Positions 51,801-64,000 of a stretch of DNA of 64,000 nt are shown here, piece after piece. Both the position numbers and the translations under genes were made by a program. The notes beneath the pieces are model-generated. The model saw only the letters and a list, made by a program, of their open reading frames with translations, ran no database searches and had not been told where the DNA came from. This DNA is from Ptychomitrium polyphyllum (Eukaryota), in the NCBI GenBank assembly GCA_973851085.1, contig OZ316775.1:1860001-1924000 (forward strand), given 5' to 3'. How positions within the stretch are numbered: the first letter of the stretch is position 1; every line of letters begins with the position of its first letter.

Positions 51801-54800
51801 CGATGCTTGAAACGCTTACGGGTGATTATCTCTCCCACTTTCTTCCAACCGATGAAGAGATGGAATACGTGGTAAAATGGATTTGCAGGCGTTGACACAC
51901 TTGGTGTACAATCTGAAAAGCTTGATTACAATCTTGCACAACGAGTATCCACCATTGCTTTGACATTGTGGGTGCATGCCAAGGACTTCAAAATTGATGA
52001 GTATTTTGAATGAATGATACTGACGGAGATACCGTTGTGCCCAGTAGCTGCTGCAAACCCAGCCAACCTGGTGTCAACATTGCAACAGTAGCAGCAGTGT
52101 CGAAGTCACAAGCGACTGACTCTAAATAAGAACGAAGCTCGGCCATCAGGTGAGCATGCAAATAATTGGATGATCAATTGTTCTAGTGTGAAGAAGCCTG
52201 GAAGCACAATCTATTAGTGGTAAATCTGGCCTAGGCTTTGTGGTCATTGGTTCCACAACGCGAGGATACTGTGCATCTTTAATCCCATGCGGTAGTTCTT
52301 ATTTGTAAGACAATTATAACTGCAGTGCAGATTTAGGAGTTTATCAACCAAAAAGTCAGTTCATTTGCAAGTTTTGATTTGGACATGATCATTTCAGTAC
52401 AGGAAAGGGCACTGGCAGGTAATCTGAGTAATGCAGCACTTTCATCAAAAATTGATCTTGAAATGCAGTAATATCCGTCCTGTTGGTTCTTTATCAGCCC
52501 ATCTGACCCAGACATTGGATGCGATCTTTTCTTTTGACCGTCAAGCATGTCTAATTCACTGGGAAGAAAAGTTGGCATTGGGCAAGCCTTGGACCATTCC
52601 AATTTGATAGTAACTCGTAATATTACATACAACCTGCAACGGAGGCATGCATCAAACTATTTGGAATCGCTGTGGTGCAAGCCAATGTTTTTGAAAGGAA
52701 ATTGTGCTCTTTTGAAAGAAAAATGTACTACCTAATCGTTTGTTGATCCCTAGCTGACTGTTTGATCATCTTACCTTCTTTTATGATTGAGGGCTTCTGC
52801 AAATTCTTTATATACTTGTAGATTGGCCATCTGGGAGGTAATTGTTATTCTCACATTTTAACATTTAATAGAGTTCCAAACCCTAAAAAAGCCTTCAAAG
52901 TTATTATCATAGAGGTGTGTTTTCAAGTCGCATGCCTATCTATTTCACCCCTCCCTCGGGTTAGTAACCTTCTTGAATCTCAATTGCATCTAGAAGCCTC
53001 CAGATTCGACTTGGTCCACATTTTGACATCCTTAAAATCCGACAGGTGGTGTCGATGTCTAACAGTTCAAGTAGGCCTAGTAAACTGCGGAAATGAATCA
53101 GATGATCATAGTATTTGACCTGTAAGAATTTCTTACCAAATTGTCAACTTAAATTATCAGAATGCACTGGCAAAGCCTGGTCCTATGTTGGAGTGCATTG
53201 CCTCCAGATACTTGGTAGTCAAGGTTTTAGCCGCTTCGTTTCCACATGCCATGGACACCTTTAAACTGGCAGCTTTAGTACTACTCCTGGCTCCTGGCCC
53301 TCACAAATCACATTCGAACCGAAATTCTCCACTGCCTAATCATTGGACCCCAGTCACACTGCTAGACAAAGAGCCAGCTGGTTACATCAATGTCCGGATT
53401 TGCACTAAAGTCTCTCACTGATCTAAACAGGCAATTTACGTACAACCGAGTTGCAATTCCAGGCACCAGGAGTCACTTGAAAACGATTCATCATACGAGT
53501 TAAAAACTTAACCAAGATTCAGTATTATTTCGTAGTATAATATTGACACGACTGGCACCTATTTACATGCTCAGGACGAAGATAATGCTCAAGTACACAA
53601 TATCCTGGATTCTTAAGAGCTGCTTGACCGGAATAATTCTCAGATCTTCACCGATCGGTATACAGGACGCCTCAGAGAAAAAGATTTGTTCTAATGCATT
53701 TGAGATTTAAATTCTACTACAGTATTGTCCTAACTTTCTCTGCGCTCCCCTGGTGGACACTCAAGTATTTGCCTCGCAAACTAGATACAGCTGCTCTCTG
53801 TAGCCGTGAGTAGTTCTGTAGGTCTGGAAGCTGGGGCCAGCTTCCGAAACTCAACACGCTCTACTATATAGAAGTGCATCTGTTGGTTTGCTTCCAAACA
53901 GAATTCACATTAAAAACGAAAGTGGGGTTCTACTCCACCGGTGTAAATGATTTCATAATTCATCAGTACGGTTTCAACAAAGATACTGTGTTCGAAGGGT
54001 GGAAATCTCAGCTCTCAAGGTGGTTCTCCCCTCCCTCACTCTCCTTGCAATCGAGGTTCTGTTTGTCTTTGGTGTGTGGAAACGTCATGCTGGTGTACTC
54101 GTACTCGTACAGATGCCCAAAAATCTCTTGGCCTTTCTGTGGGGTTCATCGTTCTTCTGTAGCTGCATGAAACATGGTCTGAGGTCGCCATAGCAGCACA
54201 CGCTGGCCCTTGATAGGCAAGGTAGCCCAGGCCTGGGCCCACAATTAGACTCTAGCCAGCTTCTTCATAGTAGTACTAGCCCAGTACTTGTCAATTTGTT
54301 GCAGTTCGCTCTTTCTTTTATGACGGTTTAGCTTAAGACAAAGACATCCTCAACGGAAAGATAAAGGAAGAACATCGCTTTTCTCAATGATCACATACTT
54401 TGGTGGTACTAAATATTGTAGTACTGATCACAATGTTTCTAGTGTTAAGAGTACGTTATTGAAAAGCCCAGGTCCTCAATTCAGGTGCTGATTACGACCA
54501 GGGGGTACTGTTTCTGTTTGTACCGGAACTGGAGTACTGTTTAGGAAGGGCATTCTGTGCACATTAGCATACTACACAAGAGATGTAATGATCACATTCG
54601 GGATTATCCTTTGTCTTTTATATTTTGAAGAAACTGCTAGAAGGTGAAATTGTTAAGCAGAACCGGTTTCTAAAATTCATCTTAGACCCCACTGTGCGTA
54701 ACTGTGTTCTAATGTAATTGACAAGTTTTCCGTTAAGCCAGAGCGCTATTTGCTCATTATTTTATGTGGGATTGATCTAAGCAAAAGAATTTCGTACGTC

Positions 54801-55300
54801 GTAAGCTTCCAGGAGTCACCCTTGTGTACGAGATATGCCAAACGACTTTTCTAAAGCTGTGGATTTAGCTAGAGGTATGAAGCCGATGATCTTCGCGGTT
54901 GGGCACTGGTACATCAGAAGGTGCACTTCAAGAATTAAAAAATCTAATTAGCCATGTTGCTTAGAAACTGGTGAATGTCGCCCCTATCTTACCTCTGGCT
55001 ACGGCCAGCTTGTTCCATGTGAGCCGGCTGCTGCGAAATTTAATGCAAGATGAGAATTCTCAGATCGATCGGAAATCCTTGAAGTAAGTTGCTTCCTTCG
55101 TTTGAACGGGTACCACATAGAACAAAAATCCAGATTCATTCAACTATCTGGCAATACTCCAGAGAGGATAGCGAAGTTTGAAGCATCAACATCTCAAGTT
55201 ACAGAATGTCATGAACTCTGCTGGGAGTCTCGGCTCCGATGGGCAGTTGCTTCATAGTGTTACCTTTGCACTGGAGTTATAAGTTTGATTCCTTTCACGT
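48900..55300 (-). other. Putative multi-exon minus-strand transcription unit with no recognisable long ORF (lncRNA or eroded gene)
   Basis: Gene-like GC with CpGs retained. Exon-like segments are bounded by YAG and strong donors at 55030-54993 (AG|GTAAGA), 52796-52775 (AG|GTAAGA) and 48991-48976 (AG|GTAGG). Further donors lie near 53136, 51818, 50787 and 50407. Confidence 0.3.
54225..54242. promoter_or_regulatory. Perfect 14-bp palindrome overlapping site-II/TCP-type motifs
   Basis: GCCCAGGCCTGGGC (54225-54238) is its own reverse complement and runs into TGGGCCCAC. Confidence 0.4.
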
Positions 55301-58300
55301 CCAAAAAAAAGTTAAGTAATTAAGTAATTGATTGATTGATTGCTGGGAGTGGAGACCGTCTGCAAACTTCAGAAAAAACCAGATGCGATGTTACGGCTGG
55401 TAGGTGGTAGCGTCAGGGTATTCCGTATTATGCTGATTAGAAATTAACTGAAGCTGTGACTTTTATGCCTCGAAGTAAACCTTGAAGGCTTAATCAGAAA
55501 GCTTAAGGTGCATTTCAGTGGTTCTCCTGACAGATGTAATCATCGTCTGCCTCTCTTTAACTCTTGTGGCTGGACTTAGTGAATGATGAGGGCTCCCAGA
55601 AATGTCGGTGACGGAAGAATGTTGAACTATTTTAAACTTTGTTATGACTTTGCTGTGACTTAATTCACTAGGGTGATATCCTCTTGTTTCTTAAAAAAAG
55701 ATGCACATCTTTTACAGTAAATTTGGTTTTCGAGCTGCTATTTAACGGAATTTTTTTAATTAAAAATATAGAATTTTTAGTTGCACTGCAGTGCCAGGGA
55801 CACAGGGAATACTGTTATCGAGCCGTCTGGGCAAGGTTTTTCGCTTTGCCGGGCATTGCACAAATCTAAGATCGCAGAATCAAATAATTTATGATCTTTT
55901 CAGTTCATGTACGCAACTTCAGGTCCATCGACACAATTATTTGATCAAAATTCTACTTATTATTATGCAATTAATTACTCACTGGCTGAAAAGAAACTAT
56001 TACAACCTGCTCACGTCGCACCAACAATATGCAAAATCAATTACACTGAATGTATGATTTAGAGTTATTGATACTGAATCTCAAGAAATGGCAATGTGAT
56101 TATTAACATTCACACTGTTTCATTTTTTTAGATGTAATTTTGTTGCTGTTTTAATTATATTAACCAGAAATGACAAGTGGCATGCTTCTGTATGAAGACT
56201 ACGACACTTATTCTCACCATCCGCACCCCTCAAACAAATTCTGGTAAATAACATCAATTGTCTGTTAATACTAAATCACATTTTTAGTGCAACTCCTGAA
56301 TGGTGATCTGCATCTTTGGCTGTCTTAAAATGGGCTCCAAGTGATTCTACATAAGGCATTCAATATAAACTGAGTTAGAAGGTCTTAGGTGACAAATACC
56401 ATACCCCACTTAGCAGAGCAAATTTAAATTATTGAACACATTCCTTGCAATTAGGTAACTATTCAAATCCATCATTGATAGATATTTTTTAAGTAGTTAC
56501 ACATTTTTTTGACAAAGTGAACCCAGAAAGAGTGGTTCTAAGACATGCAATGGCTCTATAATAGCGGCATTGCTGCATAGCAATGTTGGAATTAGAATTT
56601 TCAAATAAAAAGTAAGTTTTAGAGACTATGAATTTTTCTTAACAATTGTTCCAAGATCAAATGCATATTGATGGAGTTTTTCACTATAAATAAACCTCCT
56701 AAGATCCAACAACAAAGGATTAGTATACAATTGACCTACAAGGCTCTACATATTAATCATCAAAAATCCTCAATTATAAACATGAGTAAGCAATTTCAAG
56801 TTAGAATTACAAAGTTTTGGAAAATTTTGCTTGCAAGGCCATCAAGCATAAGCTCTTATTGGATGACATGACAAGAGAGATAAGTGCTTTAAGAATTTTT
56901 TTAGACTATACAAGAGCATATGTCAAATATCAATATAATAGATTTGAAAATGCAATTGCAAAATAGATTAATAAATAAAGGTCAAAGTCTAAGGATAGAT
57001 GAAGTTTTTTTCAATTGTTTAAAAAAATTTGGGATATTTTTAGTACTAGCTATTTACTTGTAATCAACCAGGTTGTTCAATTATAAATATTTCAACCTCA
57101 AATTGTATGAAGAATGATTATTTCTTGCCAACATTGCAAATTAGCTTTCTCTAGGCAATTAAAAATCAGCTATACTCTTCAATTTAATGTACAACATATA
57201 TAATTGATTCTTCTTAAATATACCTCTTTAAACATTATAGTGTTCTAATTAATATGTTTTAATGTTATATGTTAAATGTTAAACTTGTAAATATTATATA
57301 TTAAATAGTAAACAACTTAAGAAAATTTACTCTTGCTCTTTTACAAATCCACCTTTGATGAATGTTATTTTTGTTATTTTTATTGGAATATGGTATTTTC
57401 AAAAATATATTATATATTAAAATTGTTTGTATGTGCAATTATATGAAATGAATAAATTTAGGGTTAAAATATAGGATTTTTTTATATATATCATATATTT
57501 GCAAATATAAATCATTCTAAAGAATTATCAAAGCTTCATCTTTATTGTACTATATTGTATATTATTCTCTCTTTTTAAAAGTGTCTATAGTATGTATAGA
57601 ATGTATCGCCTATAAAAAAAATTGATTTGAAAAAACCTTATTTGCCAATTAAAAGAAAGATTTTCCAAATGGTATAAGTAGACAATGCACTTCAAAATGA
57701 GGACGATGGAGTGACAAAGTTGATACAATCACCTCCACAAGTTGAATTTTCAAGTGTAACTAAAGCATTGTAGCTTGTCACATCTATCTTGAATAACATT
57801 ATATGACAATTGATCATCCTAGTTCTAAATTGAAATCTATTGAAAAGAATTTAGCAAAACATCAAATTTTGGACATTCATCAAAAGAAATATTGATATGT
57901 TTTTTTCAATATTGTACTTGCTAATGTAGAATTTTTTTTCATTGTTGTGTTATTCCATATGCACCTCTTATTATTAATAATTGTTATTTTTGCAACTTTG
58001 CCTTTAATTAATATTATCTATATAAATGTGATTTTCTTTTAAATAACCTTTTTTATTTGTTATATGCTATATCTCTTAAAATGCTATTTCTTTTTCACTC
58101 TAAAAACTCAACTTTTAAAACAAACAAATTGTATGCATAATGTTCCAAAAGCAGCTCTAATCAACAAAGATGGAAATTGTAAGGCTATACTAAATTATCT
58201 TTTTGTCTTTATTTTTTATACTTGAAAATATATTGGCTGTTTATGAAATCATTAAAGGAGCCAAGAAATTAAAATAAATACATTTTTTATTTAAACTTGA

Positions 58301-61300
58301 ACTTACAAACGCACATGACAAAGTACCTTGGAATTTTCCATTTGCAAAAATGGCCAAGGTAGGATTTAATTGGTTGTTTATTAATATGATTTAAATCTTG
58401 CTAAAGAAGGCTAAGGTCATAATAAATTCTAATGGCTTTCTTACATAAGTATTTTCAACTATTAGAAAAATTTGGCATGAACATACATGGTAGAATTTCA
58501 TGCTTGAATTGAAAGATTTGGTATAAATTTGAATGAGATGAATTAAATATGAATCTACTAGCCGCAACATATTCATACCTATTGATGCGTCATGAAAGAA
58601 ATGTAATATTTTATGTCATATTAGATTAAAAAGAAAATAAACTATTCATTTAATAAAAAAAACTAATTGCAATTTGATGTCAAACTTGAGACAAGTCCTT
58701 TGACTACATATGGCATTCACCTTATTTTTTAAATAAAAGCAAAATTTAGTATCCAGTTTCTTACAAGTTCAAGCTAAATATCAAGTTGGCTTTTTAAAAT
58801 AGTTTTTTAAGTGATAAACAATGTCCTTGTATCCAAAGAATGTCATTCATTGCATTGGCTTTACAACCAATTTTTACAAATATATTCATTGCTAGCTCAC
58901 AAACATACTTATTGTTTGCAAACAAACCCACATTCTTTACATTGATTTCAAATTGGTGCTATTCTTTAACTTGACTCCAAAAATGAATTAATTTTGGCCA
59001 AATCAATATAATAGAACGTTGCAACTTGATTAAGAAGGGGAGTTAAAAAGGTCTGTGTTACTACACATATTAAAAAAACAATCATATTAATGACACAATC
59101 AAAACTTGTGAATTTTTTTACATCTTAGTATATAGCTTAGCTTTTGTCTTTAAAATTACGTGTAAACTAAGAAGATTGAGATTATAGCCTACACAACAAA
59201 GAAATCAGTTGAGTATAAAAAGAAAACATATAGGCTACAATTTGATTTGTACCAAGTAGCAAAGGAATCTTTTTAAATTATTTTTTCCTCAAGTAGAAAG
59301 CTATATGGCAGCAAGACAAGGAAGACAAAGAAGCTAGGCCAATGTGATATTTGTTAATCAGTAAAGAATTTATTTAGAATTGGGAGCAAGTAGTCAACAA
59401 TTGACAAGTTGAGGTTAAAAAAACAATTGTAGTGCATTGATGACTTCATCTTTTAGAGTTGTCTTCGTTCCAAATGCATCTAGGAATGGGTCACCACCGT
59501 AATTAGCTTGTTGGCCTGAAATCAACAAAGCTTTTGCTTGTGGCTTGCATTCTTATAAGAGCAAGTCAACATTATTGAAGATTCACTAGCAGGGATAAAG
59601 CCAATCTAAGCAATTTTGATTCGGTTAGGATGCTCAGACCATCAGCTTTGAGGATTGATTTTGAAACAAGTCATTCTGAATAACTCTTGAGCTTTAGTCT
59701 TAATCATGAAAAGCGCGGTACTTGGAACTCATTTGGTATAACTTCCCATTTTATCTTTCTTTTGAACAAACAGAGGAATCTTGGAAACAGGATTACATGA
59801 GTTCAGATAAAACTTGAATGATGCTTCGGCTCCAGCTTGGTATTTGTGGATACCGAACCTATGATCGTTCATCTCTGTCTCTTCACGCTGGACTGCCAAG
59901 CTGCGTTTTCCCATTAATCCCTGCTGTACGTTTTGATGGAAATGTGGTGATTAGAGTATAAATGTAAGTGTATTGTTAATCAAAGAAATGGTAAATGGGA
60001 TCTGTGTTCGCCAGCCGAGTGATACGGTCTTTTAGTGAAGGTGCTTGCTATATAGCTAAATACAAGGACACTGCTCCTGAAAAGTGAGCAGGCGCGCAAA
60101 CCGACGAGATAATTACAACCACCCACCAGTATCAACGGCGCGCACCACTGATAACTCTCCATTCTGCTGGTGACGGATGTGCAACAATCTTGGTCTGACC
60201 ATTAGTTGACGAGAAAGGAGCCAGCTGTCCACCTTTGTCGTTACATCCCCAAATGATTAGTATATTGGCAAAACTAGACATTCTTTCTGGTTTGCAATAT
60301 AACCATAGTGGTCTCCAGGAAAACAACTGCCAAATTTACCACTGCATGTATTGGTTCACAGATGAATTGGTGCACTTCTAATAAGCTACACTGATTGTTC
60401 CAATTACTGGGAGCTGCGTGTTTGCTGCTTCACTCTTTGGAAACGAATGGCAGCAGGCCAGCAATGGACATGCTTATCCTTAGATATGGAGGATGTATGT
60501 TGTGCTGGTGACGTTTTGGGCGGTCAGAATTTCCACAGATAAGCAGCAAGAGGGCAATGATGAACCTCTTGACATCCACCCAAGTTCGTGTGCTGGCATC
60601 TGCTCCCACAAGTCTTATGCATGTTCAATGCATGTCCAATGCAAGGCGGGGAGGCGCACTGGGTAAAAGCTCTTTTCCGTCGTAGTCAACAAGCGTGAAA
60701 AACAGTCGGCCACTGCCGAGAGCTTCCGACGCTTGCGCACTTCAATAAACCTCCCGAGATGAACGTTGTCATAGTGGAGCCTTGGCTGGTTTCCAGATAG
60801 GCTCGTTGCTCCTCACCATCATCCCCACCACATAGTCAACAACATCCGGTGGTCATGCTGACTCACACATTGTTTGGTTCAGACCCCAAGTCCAGAATAA
60901 TTCCAATCCCACTGCGCATGAGAATGATAATATGTACCACGACGTGAAGAAGTTTCCCAACGGTGCAACGCTGCAGCAGCAGACTCCGAGTCGAATGTCA
61001 GGTGAGAAAAATAATGTTATGAATTACCATATGGTATGTCCAGCCGGCAGGATTAATGTATCGATAAGTGAGGAAGACTAGGCTGCAGTGGAGGGATCGG
61101 CAGCGAACAAGGCGACGAGGTGTCAGAGGGAATAACAATGATGCTGTGTGCAGGGGTGGATGGTGATCCATTGCGGACGAGCCAGGGTGGGATTCTGGAA
61201 GGGGCGATTGGGCCTATTGTGAGGCAGCGCTTTTTGGCGCCCTCCGGCCCGGGTCGCGAATCTCGGGCCAGCAGGAAACCCGTGATCGGAATCAAATGAA

Positions 61301-64000
61301 GGCAGGCTTCTGTCATGTATGACACAGTAACTGATATTATTAGCTGCTGCCAAGCTGCACTCAATTGATTTGTATATTCCCCTGGTACGGACAACAAAGT
61401 CTGTGATAATTGGTGTTACTGTAATTTTCACCCCCAGGCTGGGTGGGTCTTTATCTCCCTGTCTCCGACACAGCTCCAAAGAATGCTTTTCTCCCTCATC
61501 CCTGACTTCCAGGGTCTACGCCACTCACGTCTTCCCAAATATATCCTATTGCATTGCGGAAAAGAAAAGGATTTCCCTTGCTGACAAAGATTCAGACACC
61601 AGATTGTGCAATCCCTTTAACCCAGCTCCGAGTCACGTTGTTTGCTTTGCATTCACGGAAATGAAAAATCCAAGCAGAAATTGTCCAAGTGAATCGTAAA
61701 TCCATGATACATCCCAGGTCCCCACTTTGCCCCCAACCCAGGGCGGAATCCCAGTTACTTGGCATCGTCAACTGCAAGTTGCCATTCCTTTTCCCTTACT
61801 TGATCATTGAACTCCTCATTTGAACTCCTATATTAAACTCTCCATTGCGCCATTGCAGTTGATTGATGGCGAAACTTATTCGACTTAAGCACCTCTATCC
61901 CATTTGTTTTTTTGCCCCTTCCGTGACGGCACCCGTCATTCACTAACTTAAGTACAACATAGTATTTTGCTCTCTAGGTACATAATTATCTTCTCCCCCC
62001 TACGTCACCAATCATTATTTATAGTTTGTATTTTGGACTAGCAGTAACTGAGACCGGCGTACGGTGTGTACACTACTCGCCATTGTTCCAAAACAGCTTC
62101 ATATCAATCTCACTGAATGCTCAATCTTCGCTTCGGATACATAACTGCAAATGTAAGGTGCAGTTTTCAGCTTTGAGCCAGACCGGACATCGGGAGCTGG
62201 CGCACAGTTCAGTGTGGTGGGAGCATCTACCGGGTATCTGCAAAATTGTGATGGATGTGAATTCTCTAGCATGCAGCCTGGATATACAATTTTATTATAA
62301 CCATCGGAGCTTCATATAAGTTATTTGGCTTTTAGAAGTCAAGTATCTGCTCGATGAGACAGCTTCTGCTCAGAAGGGGCCGGAGTTCTGCTTGAAATAC
62401 CGGTATCACACAGACCAGGTTTTTCTTTTTAAAAGTTAAATTGATTATACATATATAATAAACAGGGAACCTATTGTTGAAAGAAACTCAAAACACCATT
62501 CTTGAAAAATCACATACCAAGTTGTTGCAAGATCACTTAATAGACCTAATTCCAATTTGCATATATATTGTAAATGTATAGATATAGAGCACAACATATA
62601 TGAAACCGGGTTGTGGATATTTTGTGTGTGTTTGGAGCCTTTTTCAAGTTTAGGTTGTGCAATCCATATCTAGTGAAGAACACCTCTTTTATGTGTTAAA
62701 AATGCATGTCTTGCAAGTCAAAATGTTTTATGTAGGCCTATCTATGATATTTTTGATTTGTCTAAGAGTAACCTTTATTTTTGAATTAGGTTGGTATACT
62801 TGGATTTAAGTTGGACATTATAGAGGAAACTAAGTTTCTAAGCAAAGTTCATCCAAATGGTTATCAATTTAGAACTCAAACTTCAAATTGTAGTTTTCAA
62901 TGTTTTTTTGATATTCACTTTTATCAAGCAATAATTTAAATTTGAAAATTTGATAAATTTGAACAATCAATCATTTTTATCAAGCAATAATATAATTTCA
63001 TTAATAACATGTTATTTCCATTTTAATTTCTAAATTTCCATTACAAATTGGATCATGTTATTTGAATAATAAAAAAATTAAACTTCAAAGGCCCATATAA
63101 GATACCTTATCTCATAAGACATTGGTTCTTGAGCCATGAAAGGGATGTCCTACACTAAACTTGGGTAACCAAATCTAAAAGATGTTGATTACATGATTGT
63201 TATAAATTTAGAATTAAGAACAATTCAATGAAATTTATCTTTGTCTTGTTTTCAAAATCCTTGGTATCTTTAATTATCTAATTACTTAAAACAATTGTCA
63301 ATAGTGAATTCTAAACTATTTGACAAAACATTTGAAAGTTTGTTTTAACTTTAAATTTTGCAAGGGAAAAGTTTAACTTTGAAAAAAATCATTGACTATT
63401 TTATTTGCAAAAAAAAAATTCGTACCAAAGATGTGACAAACTTGCTATATAACTCAAGTTTTAATAATTTATTATTAGTTGTTAAACCTCTCTAGCAAGA
63501 CTTTAAATTTCATAAAATAATTATTAGTTTCAAAAATTTAAGCAATTATAAAACAAAATACTTACAGGTTTGAAACCTTCATTAAAAAAATTGGCCATTT
63601 ATCATGAATTTAGAATGTATTCATAATTTATTTAAAAAAAAATTTAGAGTATATTTTAAATTGTAGAATATTTTCATGATTTCATAACCCTATTTAACAC
63701 CTAACTAATTTAGGTGTGTATAAGATTATGCATTTGAAATTTCTATAAAGTTTCAACTCCTAATTTTAGGATTGCATATTGAAATAAACTAAGCTATAGT
63801 GTTTTTTGTGAAGTTTTCACTGTTCCCTTTTACATTTCAGTATGCATTTTGTACTCCAATCAATTCAAGAATTGACCATTGTAAAAATCATAAGGACCTC
63901 AAAAATTGTACCAAAAGCTTTAAAAGTAAAGCTGAAGACAAGCATGATGTACTGAATATTATGTGGTACTCATTTAAATGATTTTTTCTTTTAAATGAGA

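Noticed and set aside
48000..62400. TAS3/TAS6 or conserved miRNA locus
   Set aside because: By eye I found no miR390, miR156 or miR529 sites or conserved mature miRNAs. ACTTGAGACAAG near 58684 is only a short tasiARF-like match in AT-rich DNA.
56000..64000. Intact transposon in the AT-rich blocks
   Set aside because: I recognised no LTR pair, long terminal inverted repeats, or transposase/RT ORF. At most these are heavily decayed remnants.

Overview
This is eukaryotic land-plant nuclear DNA, most consistent with a moss (inference from protein similarity, intron-rich genes and very AT-rich spacers). I reconstructed seven spliced protein-coding genes by hand: SYP61-type Qc-SNARE (minus, 379-3139); an ePHD + AAA ATPase of the Arabidopsis At3g15120/BRP1 type (minus, 5810-14132, spanning a 100-N gap); MPH1 (plus, 19050-20738); an ABA2-like short-chain dehydrogenase with a probable mitochondrial presequence (plus, 27752-30525); plastid amidophosphoribosyltransferase (plus, 34815-37418); a two-B3-domain REM-like protein (minus, 39082-40653); and peroxisomal BIO4/bioF (plus, 42524-46038). 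Spacers hold CpG-depleted relic islands, a 134-bp hairpin and short tandem repeats. No recognisable protein gene lies in 48-64 kb, but two CpG-retaining blocks there carry exon-like splice signals. I cannot establish a novel system from sequence alone. The best leads are a possible poison-exon/NMD switch in SYP61 intron 2 (GC donor plus two decoy exons), post-stop exons of the AAA ATPase, the skippable presequence exon of the SDR, and a putative spliced non-coding unit at 48-55 kb. I recognised no rRNA, tRNA, CRISPR array, known miRNA or intact transposon.
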